Below, piece by piece: positions 8,984-17,484 of a stretch of 25,137 nucleotides of DNA (position 1 is its first letter; each line of letters begins with the position of its first letter). The DNA is from Acidobacteriota bacterium. GTDB lineage: Bacteria; Acidobacteriota; CAIWXX01. A program made the translations under genes and the position numbers. The stretch is from positions 1-25,137 of the forward strand of contig JBFMAF010000046.1 of NCBI GenBank assembly GCA_040755995.1. Reading direction: 5' to 3'. Under the pieces are notes generated by a model. The model saw only the letters and a program-made list of their open reading frames with translations, ran no database searches and was not told the origin of the DNA.

Positions 8984-9985
8984 ATGAACGCGACGACAGC
9001 GACTAGGGGAAGGCGCGCATTTTCTACACTCCTTGCTGGTGCCCTTCTTGTAGGTCTTCTTGCACCAGCGACCGGCGGCGCGCAACAGGGTGATGGGCCG
9101 AGAGCCTACTGGCACAGCATGGTTGGCACGAACGCCGTGACTTTGTGGCCGATCATGGCGACGGGAAACGCGAATCCGCTCGATCCCTCGCACCTTGTGA
9201 GCCCTGCGACAGACTACGAAACAAAGATAGTGCTGCTCGGCTATCACCGCATGATTGATCTGCTTGGTCGTTCTGCCACAGCATCCTTTCTCATCCCGGT
9301 TGGCAATCTAAAGCGGCAAGTCGCGGGACTGCCGGAGAGTCAATCGATTCGTGCGAAGGGCTTCGGGGATCTGATGGTGCAGCTCGACCTGAACCTCTTC
9401 GGGGCGCCGGCCATGAAAGGCCTTGCTCAGGTGGCGCGTTATGAACCAAAGCTTACCGTGGACCTGCTAGCCACCTTTGCGCTTCCAATCGGTGAGTACG
9501 ATGAGAAGTCGTCGCTCAACCTCGGCCAGAACCGCTGGTATGGCCGCATAGGCGCTCCCATCATGTACACCATCGGTCCGTGGGTTCCGGACAAGCGGAC
9601 TACGATCGAGGTTCTTCCGGCCGTCTGGTTCTTCGGCGAAAACGATGAATTCCGTGGAGTCACTCTGAAAAATGACCCCCTGCTTCAACTGGAGGGACAT
9701 CTCACGCGCGATTTCACGCGGACCTTCTGGGCGTCGTTCGATGTGGCCTGGTTCTACGGTGGGACCCCGGAGATTGGGTTCGTTGAGGGCAAGAAACTGA
9801 GAGTGCCTACCGCGGGATTGACAGTTGGCTTCCAGGTTAACGAGAATCTTACGTTCAACGCCAGCTACTCTTCCACGTTCGATGACAGCGCGCCGGACGA
9901 TCTCAAGTCCGACGAGATCAAGCTCAAGCTGACCTATGCGTGGCATCCGCTGGTCGAGGCGATCAAAGGGATGAGGGAACATTGA
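8984..9985 (+). CDS. Putative outer-membrane channel ('transporter', MetA-pathway/SphA-like barrel family)
   Basis: ATG 8984 after AAGGAG, signal peptide, and 'GFGDL...NLFGAPA', 'PIGEYD...NLGQNRW', 'FFGENDEF...PLLQLEGHL' motifs with amphipathic strands. Confidence 0.7.
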   Translation: MNATTATRGRRAFSTLLAGALLVGLLAPATGGAQQGDGPRAYWHSMVGTNAVTLWPIMATGNANPLDPSHLVSPATDYETKIVLLGYHRMIDLLGRSATASFLIPVGNLKRQVAGLPESQSIRAKGFGDLMVQLDLNLFGAPAMKGLAQVARYEPKLTVDLLATFALPIGEYDEKSSLNLGQNRWYGRIGAPIMYTIGPWVPDKRTTIEVLPAVWFFGENDEFRGVTLKNDPLLQLEGHLTRDFTRTFWASFDVAWFYGGTPEIGFVEGKKLRVPTAGLTVGFQVNENLTFNASYSSTFDDSAPDDLKSDEIKLKLTYAWHPLVEAIKGMREH

Positions 9986-9986
9986 G

Positions 9987-10826
9987 ATGAAGGTGTTTTC
10001 TGCCACGCTTTGCTCAGCAGCGGCGTGCGTCGTGTTGACGGTCACCCGATTCGCGCAGTCAGACGTTTCAGCGTCGCAGTCTTCGCCACCTTCGGCGGAA
10101 GAGCTGGCCGAGATGCTGTCGAATCCAGTGGCCAACCTCATCACTCTACCGATGCAGGTCGACTGGGATGGAGGTGTCGGCCCCGATGAAGATGTGCGCT
10201 TCACCACCAAGTTCCAGCCGGTCTTGCCTTTCGCCCTGAACGAGGACTGGAACCTGATTGCGCGTGTGATTGTTCCATTCGTCAGCCAGCCGGCACTGTA
10301 CCCCGGCAGCACGCCTACATTTGGCACGAGCGACATCCTCCTCTCGGCATTCCTCTCACCCCAGGACCCGCATCCCTTCATCTGGGGAGCAGGACCGGCC
10401 CTGCTGCTTCCCACAACGGCAGATCCGTCGTTGGGGACCGAGAAATGGGCACTTGGTCCGACCGCTGTTATCCTCAAGCAGAGCAGGGGCTTCACGTACG
10501 GAGCGCTCGTGAACCACATCTGGTCGTTCGCCGGTGATGAGAAGCGGGAGGACGTGTGCAACTCACTTGTGCAACCGTTTCTTGCCTATACAACGCACAG
10601 CGCCATCACGTTGAGCGTGAGCAGCGAATCGACAAAGAACTGGAAAGCCGACTCCGGAGAGCAATGGACCGTACCCATCATCTTTCAGGCCAGCAAGCTT
10701 ACTCAACTCGGCCCGATTCCCATGAGCGTCGCCGTTGGGTACGCGTACTTCGCCGACAAGCCTGATGGCGGGCCGTCCTGGAAGATCCGATCATCGGTTA
10801 CGCTCCTCCTTCCAGCCAAGAAATGA
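9987..10826 (+). CDS. Putative outer-membrane beta-barrel (family often mislabelled 'neuromedin U')
   Basis: 'ELAEMLSNPVANLITLP', 'FQPVLPF', 'WNLIARVIVP', 'WGAGPALLLPT...LGTEKWALGPTAV', 'LVNHIWSFAGD', 'QWTVPI'. Confidence 0.7.
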   Translation: MKVFSATLCSAAACVVLTVTRFAQSDVSASQSSPPSAEELAEMLSNPVANLITLPMQVDWDGGVGPDEDVRFTTKFQPVLPFALNEDWNLIARVIVPFVSQPALYPGSTPTFGTSDILLSAFLSPQDPHPFIWGAGPALLLPTTADPSLGTEKWALGPTAVILKQSRGFTYGALVNHIWSFAGDEKREDVCNSLVQPFLAYTTHSAITLSVSSESTKNWKADSGEQWTVPIIFQASKLTQLGPIPMSVAVGYAYFADKPDGGPSWKIRSSVTLLLPAKK

Positions 10827-10894
10827 GAGAATGGAGCCTGAAACGCGCCGGAAATCCTTTCGACCATCGAATGAGAGCAAAAGGAGCAGGAGTA

Positions 10895-11509
10895 ATGAAA
10901 GCCACGTTCAACTCACGCATGTTTGCCAGCCTTGTCGTACTCGCCACACTCGCGATGAGCGCGATGGCACAGGATGCCAGGCAGTCGCAGCAACCGGCGA
11001 TGAGCCGGGGTGACGCGGTCCTTGCGGAGGTGACAGCCACTGTGCAGGCCATCGACCTGAACAAACGCGAAGTCACTCTCAAGGGCCCACTCGGGAACGT
11101 CGTCAGCTTCGTAGTCGACGAGAGCGTGAAACGCCTCGACGAAGTGAAGGTTGGTGACGAGGTGACCGCCAGATACTATGTTTCGCTCGCAGCAGAGCTG
11201 CGCGAACCCACCGCCGAGGAGCTGAAGAATCCGCTCGTGGTCACCGAAGATGCGGCACGCGCCCCGAAGGACGCGGCCCCCGCCGCGGGCAAGCTGCGCA
11301 CTATCAAGGCTGTCGCTACGGTCGTGGGCCTCGATCTTCCGACCCAGAGCGTCACGCTGCAGGGCCCCATGGGGAACTACGCCTGCGTGCGCGCGGAGCG
11401 CGTCGACACCCTCAAGAAACTCCGCCTCGGCGACACCATCGTCGTCACCTACACCGAGGCCGTCGCCGTCTCGTTGCACAAGGTCCCACACGAGACTGTT
11501 GAGCACTGA
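10895..11509 (+). CDS. Periplasmic hypothetical protein with two tandem OB-fold-like repeats
   Basis: ATG 10895 after AGGAG, signal peptide ending AMA. Repeats ATVQAIDLNKREVTLKGPLGN...VKVGDEVTARY and ATVVGLDLPTQSVTLQGPMGN...LRLGDTIVVTY. Confidence 0.75.
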   Translation: MKATFNSRMFASLVVLATLAMSAMAQDARQSQQPAMSRGDAVLAEVTATVQAIDLNKREVTLKGPLGNVVSFVVDESVKRLDEVKVGDEVTARYYVSLAAELREPTAEELKNPLVVTEDAARAPKDAAPAAGKLRTIKAVATVVGLDLPTQSVTLQGPMGNYACVRAERVDTLKKLRLGDTIVVTYTEAVAVSLHKVPHETVEH

Positions 11510-11577
11510 GCCCGCGCAGGGCGATGACCGGATTCTCGCCGGATAGGCTTTGGCTTCTTTGTGGCGCCGGCAGCGTC

Positions 11578-13887
11578 CTACTGGCCGGCGCCCAGAAGTC
11601 GGGCGGCCGCGGCGCGGAGCTGCAGGCCCGCTGGGTCGTTCGGGCGCTCAGCGATCATGCGCTCCGCTAGCACCAGTGCCTCGCGTGGGCGGCCATCTCG
11701 GAGCTCGAGGTCGGCGAGGGCGAAGAGCGCGTCGTAATCCGCGGGAGCCAACGGGAGAGCCTCTCTGAGTGTTGTGCGGGCCTCTTCGATGCGGCCGAGG
11801 CGCGCCAGCACGAGGCCCAGATTGTAGCGTACGCGGGCGTGCCGCGGCCACCCAGCCGCCGCTCGCGCCAGCCACTCTGCGGCCTCGTTGTTCCGGCCAG
11901 CCTCGCCCAACAACAGGCCGAGCGAATAGGCGGCTTCGGCATTGCCCGGGTAGGCGGCCACAACGTCCCGCAGCAACCGTTCGGCTTCGGCAGCCCGCCC
12001 TTGTTCCGCCAGAAGCACGGAGAGGTTCACCTTGGCCGGGAAGAACAGCTCGTCGACCGACAACGCGAGCCTGAAGTAGCGCTCGGCCTCAGCGGCGTGC
12101 CCCAAGCTCGCCTCGAGGTTGCCCAGGTTGTATCCTGACGAGGCGAAGTCGAGGGAGTAGCTCATCGCCTCTCGATACTCCCCCAGGGCCCGATCGAATG
12201 CCTCCCGTTGGTAGGGCTTGAGCAGCTCGCGCGGGGTCCCGGCGAGTGCCGAGGCCGCATGAATCCGCACCGCCCGAACAGGGTCGCAAAGCAACGGCGC
12301 CAGCGTCGCAGCGCGCTCGCGCGCATCCGGCAGTACGAGCCGGGAGACCGCGAGGTCGCGCAGGAGCGGATCGTCGGCCGCGAGGGCATTGCGCAGCGAA
12401 TCAGTAGTCGACTGCCCGGGGTACCGCGACAACAGGTCCAGCGCAGTGGCACGCACGACGCCCGGCTGGAGCGGGTTGTCGGCCAGCCGGCGCAGATCCG
12501 CCTCGGCCCTCGGCTCCCCACCTCGTGCCGCAGCGAACGTGTTTGCGAAATGCGGCTTGCGCGCGATGCCGTACCATTTCCTAAAAGCGTCGACGGCCCA
12601 GGCGACCGGCTTGTCGGCATGGCATCCGGTCTGGCCGCAGGCGTTGGGAACGCTGATCTCCGCGGTGAGGTCGGGGCGTGGCACTCTGAAGCTGTGATCG
12701 GCGCGCCAGTCGATCACCATGTAGGGCCGCTCCGGCATGTGGCACTTCACGCAAGAAGCACCCGGCGATGCCCGGCCATCGACGACCTGTTTGTGAAAGT
12801 GGTGGCCGGGCGTGTCGAAGATCTCGCGCTGGTGGCACTGGAGGCATAGCTCGTTGCCTGGGAATGGGAGCAGCTTCGCGCTATGGCTGTCGTGGCAGTT
12901 GCTGCAACGGACGCCGCGCGCGTACATCTTGCTCTGGAGAAAGGAAGCATACGTGTAGACCTCATCGAGCTGCTGTCCATCTGGGAAATAGAGTCCTTCG
13001 ACTAGCAGCGTCGGCAGCATCTGGTCCATGAGCTGCCGGCCAGTGTGGTCGTAGTCGCCGAGCTCGGCGTGGCGCGAATGACAGGGCGCGCACAGCTCGA
13101 CCAAACGCTCCGACGTGATGTCGCGTGTCCGGATGAGGAGGCCCCCATCGGCAAGCTCGGGCCGCGCCATCGGCTGCATCTTCGCCCACGCCACGTGCTG
13201 CGACCCAGGGCCGTGGCAGGCTTCGCAGCCTACGTTGATGTCGGTCCAGGTCGTGGCATAGGTGTCTGTCTTGGGGTCGTAGTTCTTGCGCAGATTGGTC
13301 GAATGGCACTCGGCGCACATCCCGTTCCAGTTCTGGCCGTTGCGCGTCCAGTGAAGCCAATCGGATGCCGGCACGTCCTGCTCCTCCTGCAGGTGGAACC
13401 AACGCCGTTGCACACTGTCCCAGGCGATCGACAGCGCTTGCAGCCGTCCTCCGGGGAAGTGAACGAGATACTGCTGCAGCGGACGGACCCCGAAAGTATA
13501 GGTGATCTCGAACTCGCCCATTTTCCCACCTGGCCCCTCCGTGAAGACGTAGTACCGGCCGCCGCCGCGATAGAATCGCGATGTCACGCCGCGGTGCGTG
13601 AAGACCGCGTCATCGAAGTCTCCGAGCACCGTCTCCGGTGTCGCCCTGGCCATGGCCCAGGCATGGTCCGAGCTCCTCCACTTCTCGTAGGCCACGGCGT
13701 GGCACTCCTTGCACGCAGCTGTCCCGACAAACGAAGGCCGGACCGCTTCCGGACCGGCATCGCGGGGGCCATTGGGAGGACGGAGTCGCGAGAGTGGAAC
13801 CGCCAAAACGACGGTGCCGAGGGCGAGAAGGCCGACGAGCTCCCAGCGACGCAGCGACGGATCCACAGGGGAGATCGAGTCACTCAC
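11578..13887 (-). CDS. Membrane-anchored multiheme c-type cytochrome with HEAT-like and TPR repeats (7 CxxCH + 1 CX4CH)
   Basis: GTG 13887 overlaps the Rieske stop (GTGA). N-terminal TM helix, then CKECH, CAECH, CEACH, CAPCH, CSNCH, CLQCH, CVKCH, CGQTGCH. Also 'PLQQYLV', 'DPVRAVRI' HEAT-like repeats and YNLG/YSLG TPR motifs. Confidence 0.9.
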   Translation of the reverse strand: MSDSISPVDPSLRRWELVGLLALGTVVLAVPLSRLRPPNGPRDAGPEAVRPSFVGTAACKECHAVAYEKWRSSDHAWAMARATPETVLGDFDDAVFTHRGVTSRFYRGGGRYYVFTEGPGGKMGEFEITYTFGVRPLQQYLVHFPGGRLQALSIAWDSVQRRWFHLQEEQDVPASDWLHWTRNGQNWNGMCAECHSTNLRKNYDPKTDTYATTWTDINVGCEACHGPGSQHVAWAKMQPMARPELADGGLLIRTRDITSERLVELCAPCHSRHAELGDYDHTGRQLMDQMLPTLLVEGLYFPDGQQLDEVYTYASFLQSKMYARGVRCSNCHDSHSAKLLPFPGNELCLQCHQREIFDTPGHHFHKQVVDGRASPGASCVKCHMPERPYMVIDWRADHSFRVPRPDLTAEISVPNACGQTGCHADKPVAWAVDAFRKWYGIARKPHFANTFAAARGGEPRAEADLRRLADNPLQPGVVRATALDLLSRYPGQSTTDSLRNALAADDPLLRDLAVSRLVLPDARERAATLAPLLCDPVRAVRIHAASALAGTPRELLKPYQREAFDRALGEYREAMSYSLDFASSGYNLGNLEASLGHAAEAERYFRLALSVDELFFPAKVNLSVLLAEQGRAAEAERLLRDVVAAYPGNAEAAYSLGLLLGEAGRNNEAAEWLARAAAGWPRHARVRYNLGLVLARLGRIEEARTTLREALPLAPADYDALFALADLELRDGRPREALVLAERMIAERPNDPAGLQLRAAAARLLGAGQ

Positions 13888-14486
13888 GGCGAAACGGCCT
13901 GCGTTTGATCGAAGGACAAACGCTGAATCCGCGCTGCCGTGTCCACCTTGACGACTCCGTTCTCGATTCGCACAGGCAGCAGGTCGAGCGGCCGTGGCGC
14001 GGGCGGGGCGAGCACCGCTCCGGTGATGTCGAAGGCTGAAGCGTGACAAGGGCAGCTGAAGCGCCTTTGCGCCGCATCCCACGGCACCGTGCACCCGAGG
14101 TGCGTACACTCGCGGTAGATCGCGAGGAATCCTCCTGAATCGAGACGCACGAGGTAGAACTTCCCCTCAGGGAAGGGCGTGACGCCTCCAGGCTCGAATC
14201 GCTCAACCGGACCGGCGATCACCACGTCCGACCCCTCTGCAACCGGGCGCCGGCGAGGGCGCAAGAAGGAGGCGACGATCCAGATCAGCTCCACGACCGC
14301 CGCGAGTCCTAGGGCCGTCCAGAGCCATGAGACGAGCGATCGCCGCGTAATCACAGTCGCCTCCGCGGTCAAAGCGCACTCGCCCGAGATGGGGGGAGTC
14401 GATGCCGCTGAAGTCGAGCGAGGCACCTTGCGCCCTGGACGCGATGTCTCAGCCGCTTCGCGTCGATCGGATTGCCTTCTCGACAT
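13884..14486 (-). CDS. Rieske 2Fe-2S subunit (system A)
   Basis: CTHLGC and CPCHAS boxes, PAPRPL, Tat-like TRRSL followed by a TM helix. ATG 14486 lies 5 nt after the cytochrome b stop; the true start is uncertain. Confidence 0.9.
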   Translation of the reverse strand: MSRRQSDRREAAETSRPGRKVPRSTSAASTPPISGECALTAEATVITRRSLVSWLWTALGLAAVVELIWIVASFLRPRRRPVAEGSDVVIAGPVERFEPGGVTPFPEGKFYLVRLDSGGFLAIYRECTHLGCTVPWDAAQRRFSCPCHASAFDITGAVLAPPAPRPLDLLPVRIENGVVKVDTAARIQRLSFDQTQAVSP

Positions 14487-14491
14487 GGCCG

Positions 14492-15898
14492 TCAGGGTCC
14501 CCAAGGCCAGGTCAGTGCCATACCCTCTCCACGAAACGTGAACCCGATCAGAGTGAGCACAGCGAAGATGACTCCAAGCAATACGACGACCACCTGCACC
14601 GTCTCGTTGCGCGACGTCTTCCAGACATGACGAACGAAGAGAGCGAAGGCCCAGACGAATCCAAGGAGTGTGGCGGTGGGAAGGAGCCCGCCCATGAGCC
14701 AGCTTCGAGCGCCCGCCCGCGCGAGTGGCATCGCTCCGTGCGCGAAAACCACGAGGGGCGTTGCGAGCAACGCGGTAGCGAAAGCAATGGCGGCAGTCCT
14801 CCGGCCGCGTCCAGAGAGGAACCACGCGCCCTCGGGTTCCCCGTCAGCGGTCAGGTAGGGGAGCAGGACAAACCCCAACACGGCACAGAGTGGGAGCACA
14901 ACCACCGCGAAGAGCGGGTGGAGGTGAACAAGTAGCTCCTGCACCCCAACGAAATACCACGGCGCCTTGGCCGGATTCGGGCTCATCCCAGTGTTGGCAC
15001 GTTCCCCGAGCGGCGCCCCGACGGCAGCACCCAGAACGACTACGATTGCAATCCATACCAGCGCTGCCACAACCTCCCGCGTCAGAAGATTGGGCAGGAA
15101 CAGGACACGCGCGCCTTCCTCCGGGCCGTCCTGCGGCCTGGGGGGTAGGACCACTCCGCCCGCCTTACGCACACGCCAGAAGTGGAATCCCGTTCCGACC
15201 AGCAGCAGTGCCGGGACGATCGAAGTGTGAATCGTGTAGAAGACCGTCAGGGTTCCAGGTCCGACATCGGTGCCCCCGCGTGCCACGCGCTCGAGAATGG
15301 GGCCGACGAAGGGCACGTAGGCGAGCATGGCTGTGGAGATCGTGACGGCCCAGTAACTGAGCTGATCCCAGGGAAGCAGATAGCCGGTGAATGCGTTGCC
15401 GAGAACGAGCGCAAGCAGAAGAGTACCGACCACCCAGTTGAATTGGCGCGCGCCGTGGAAGGCTCCGGTGAGGAATACGCGCGCGGCATGGGCAAGGAGA
15501 ACCACGACGAGCAGGTTCGCGCTCCAGTAGTGGATCCCGCGCACCAGAGATCCGAAGGGGACGTCGCGCTCGAGCAGGAGCACCGAGTCCCAGGCAGCGC
15601 CCGGCACAGGCTGGTACACGAGCATGCTCAATAGCCCCGTGGCAAGCAAGGCGCTGAGAAGTACGACCGCGGCGCCGCCGAGCCCCAGTGTCCGTGTGAA
15701 GCGAAGAGCCCCCGCCGGCACACGCACCGGGCGCAGATGGAAGAACAGCGTGTGGACCGTAGCACGTATCCGTTCGACATCGGTCCGTGGAACCGCGGGA
15801 TCACCGAGCGTCACGGACCGCCAGATACTCCCCAGAAGACCTCCCCTCCGCCCTTGCCCAGTCGTTCCGTCTTCCCTGTCCGGATCGCCCTGACCCAT
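14492..15898 (-). CDS. Cytochrome b/b6 with fused subunit IV region (system A), APWY motif
   Basis: RGIHYWSA...LAHAARV, FTGYLLPWDQLSYWA, IH-x14-H (b6-type spacing), PNPAKAPWYF. Confidence 0.9.
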   Translation of the reverse strand: MGQGDPDREDGTTGQGRRGGLLGSIWRSVTLGDPAVPRTDVERIRATVHTLFFHLRPVRVPAGALRFTRTLGLGGAAVVLLSALLATGLLSMLVYQPVPGAAWDSVLLLERDVPFGSLVRGIHYWSANLLVVVLLAHAARVFLTGAFHGARQFNWVVGTLLLALVLGNAFTGYLLPWDQLSYWAVTISTAMLAYVPFVGPILERVARGGTDVGPGTLTVFYTIHTSIVPALLLVGTGFHFWRVRKAGGVVLPPRPQDGPEEGARVLFLPNLLTREVVAALVWIAIVVVLGAAVGAPLGERANTGMSPNPAKAPWYFVGVQELLVHLHPLFAVVVLPLCAVLGFVLLPYLTADGEPEGAWFLSGRGRRTAAIAFATALLATPLVVFAHGAMPLARAGARSWLMGGLLPTATLLGFVWAFALFVRHVWKTSRNETVQVVVVLLGVIFAVLTLIGFTFRGEGMALTWPWGP

Positions 15899-16000
15899 CT
15901 CCCAATTCTACGGATCAATCAGACGCATGTCCACCGCCGCGCCTCTTCGACGAATCTACTCAGCCGCGTCACGGCACCGTGCGTGTATCTTCGACCGACC

Positions 16001-16519
16001 ACGCGCGGGCACGGAATCTACAACGTTCGGTTCGCATTGGCTCTCTTGGAAAGCGCAACGCGGCTGGTCGACGAGCGCCTCGATGAGAAGGGCTTCCCCG
16101 TGCGCGAGCGGCCGCAGCGCGCCTTCGAGCAGGGGAAGTGCTACGCCTGCCACCGGGGCGTAGAGCTGCAGGCAGGAGTGTTCGCCGGTGTGAATCTCAA
16201 GCACGAGGTCCACTTACTCAGGGCCGGGCTGAGCTGTGCTGCCTGCCACAGACCGCATGGAGAGCGCGGCCCGCACGAAGTGGTGCGTTTCGGCAAGGAA
16301 GGGTGTGTCACGTGCCACCACAAGGCGGCCAAGAGGGAGTGCACGAGCTGCCACCCGGCCGCATCTCTGGCGAAGGAGATCGCTTTCGGCAATCGCACCT
16401 TCTCCCACAAGCTCCACCTCGAAGAGGCGGGCCTCACCTGCCCCGACTGCCACGTCACAGCGAAGGATGGTGCGGTCTCCCTCAACAGGGAAGCCTGCGC
16501 ATCCTGTCACGAAGACTGA
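16001..16519 (+). pseudogene. 5'-truncated C-terminal fragment of a multiheme cytochrome c (6 CxxCH)
   Basis: CYACH, CAACH, CVTCH, CTSCH, CPDCH, CASCH plus HEVH and FSHKLH. No signal peptide and no credible start or SD. The frame upstream of about 16001 looks non-coding and runs antisense into the cytochrome b gene. Confidence 0.7.
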
Positions 16520-16538
16520 GCCGGGAGCATCGGCAACC

Positions 16539-17018
16539 CTACCCTGATCGCGACCGCCGCCGAGTCGCGGCGGGGCGACGGGGCCGCGCGGATGGAAGCT
16601 CGCCCAGGACCTGCCGGATGAAATCAGAAGGAGAGAAGATCTCAATCCCCCGGTACCTCTTGAGCTCTTTCAGGTGTTCGTCGCCGCTGATGATGTATCG
16701 GGCGCCGGCTGTCACGGCGCAGGCAACGTACATGTCATCGGTTGGGTCATCAGTCACGACGTGGAGGTCCGGTCCAACGGGAACGATCTCGGCCACGGCC
16801 GCCACTCGGCTCAGGAAGTCCTCGACCTCGCGCCTCGACCAGCCGTGTTTCCTCTGCAGCCTGGGGTAGTTCAGCACGCGCCTGATCTCGGCGACGATGG
16901 CCGGTGAAATGGCCACTCCAAAGCGTTTCTGCCTCCAGGCCTTCAGTATCCGGGCCGGGTGCCCGTAGGGGACCAGCACGGCGCTGACGAACTGATTCGC
17001 ATCCAGGACGACCTTCAT
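16539..17018 (-). CDS. PIN-domain toxin (VapC-like, putative TA toxin)
   Basis: MKVVLDANQFVSA...EIRRVL.YPRL...DPTDDMYVACAV...YIISGDEHL. Overlaps the antitoxin stop (ATGA). Confidence 0.9.
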   Translation of the reverse strand: MKVVLDANQFVSAVLVPYGHPARILKAWRQKRFGVAISPAIVAEIRRVLNYPRLQRKHGWSRREVEDFLSRVAAVAEIVPVGPDLHVVTDDPTDDMYVACAVTAGARYIISGDEHLKELKRYRGIEIFSPSDFIRQVLGELPSARPRRPAATRRRSRSG

Positions 17019-17305
17019 CGCCCCGGCCCGGGCCGTCTCTCCGCCCTGGCGGCCGACACTGCCTCACGGATCGCGCCTTCAAGCTCGGCTCCGTCCATTC
17101 GCTTCGTACGCCTCTGGACTTGATCCACCATGGCGAAGAACTCCTCGCGGCGCATCTGCCACTGGTGGTACTGGTCTATGGAGACAACCGCAGCCATGGC
17201 CTTACCGGCCCTTTCAATGATGATAGCATCACCGCGGTAGTACGCCTCGTCTATGAGCGTACCAAAGTTCTCTCGCGCCGAAACCGCACTGATCGTCTTC
17301 TCCAT
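17015..17305 (-). CDS. Phd/YefM-family antitoxin
   Basis: MEKTISAVSARENFGTLIDEAYYRGDAIIIERAGKAMAAVVSIDQY with SD AGGGGG before ATG 17305. Confidence 0.9.
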   Translation of the reverse strand: MEKTISAVSARENFGTLIDEAYYRGDAIIIERAGKAMAAVVSIDQYHQWQMRREEFFAMVDQVQRRTKRMDGAELEGAIREAVSAARAERRPGPGR

Positions 17306-17331
17306 GGCCAACCCCCTGATCCATATGGTCA

Positions 17332-17343
17332 CTATGATCATAG
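17332..17343. promoter_or_regulatory. Candidate TA operator palindrome overlapping an extended -10
   Basis: Perfect 12-bp palindrome CTATGATCATAG about 27 bp upstream of the antitoxin ATG. The minus strand reads TG-C-TATGAT here. Confidence 0.6.
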
Positions 17344-17484
17344 CAAATGTCCATGCGAAAGGCCATCCCCAAGTCTTTCGCCGATACAGGCGAGTACCGC
17401 CCGCATGGTTCGGGGAGCCGCTCCAGATCGGCGCGCACATATGTCGCGTGGGCCGGACCGGCGGGAATGTCTATGGAACCGGTG

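Noticed and set aside
13888..14825. Long N-terminal extensions of the TPR cytochrome (to 14109) and Rieske (to 14825) in the ORF track
   Set aside because: They overlap the upstream real genes; coupled starts at 13887 and 14486 fit better.
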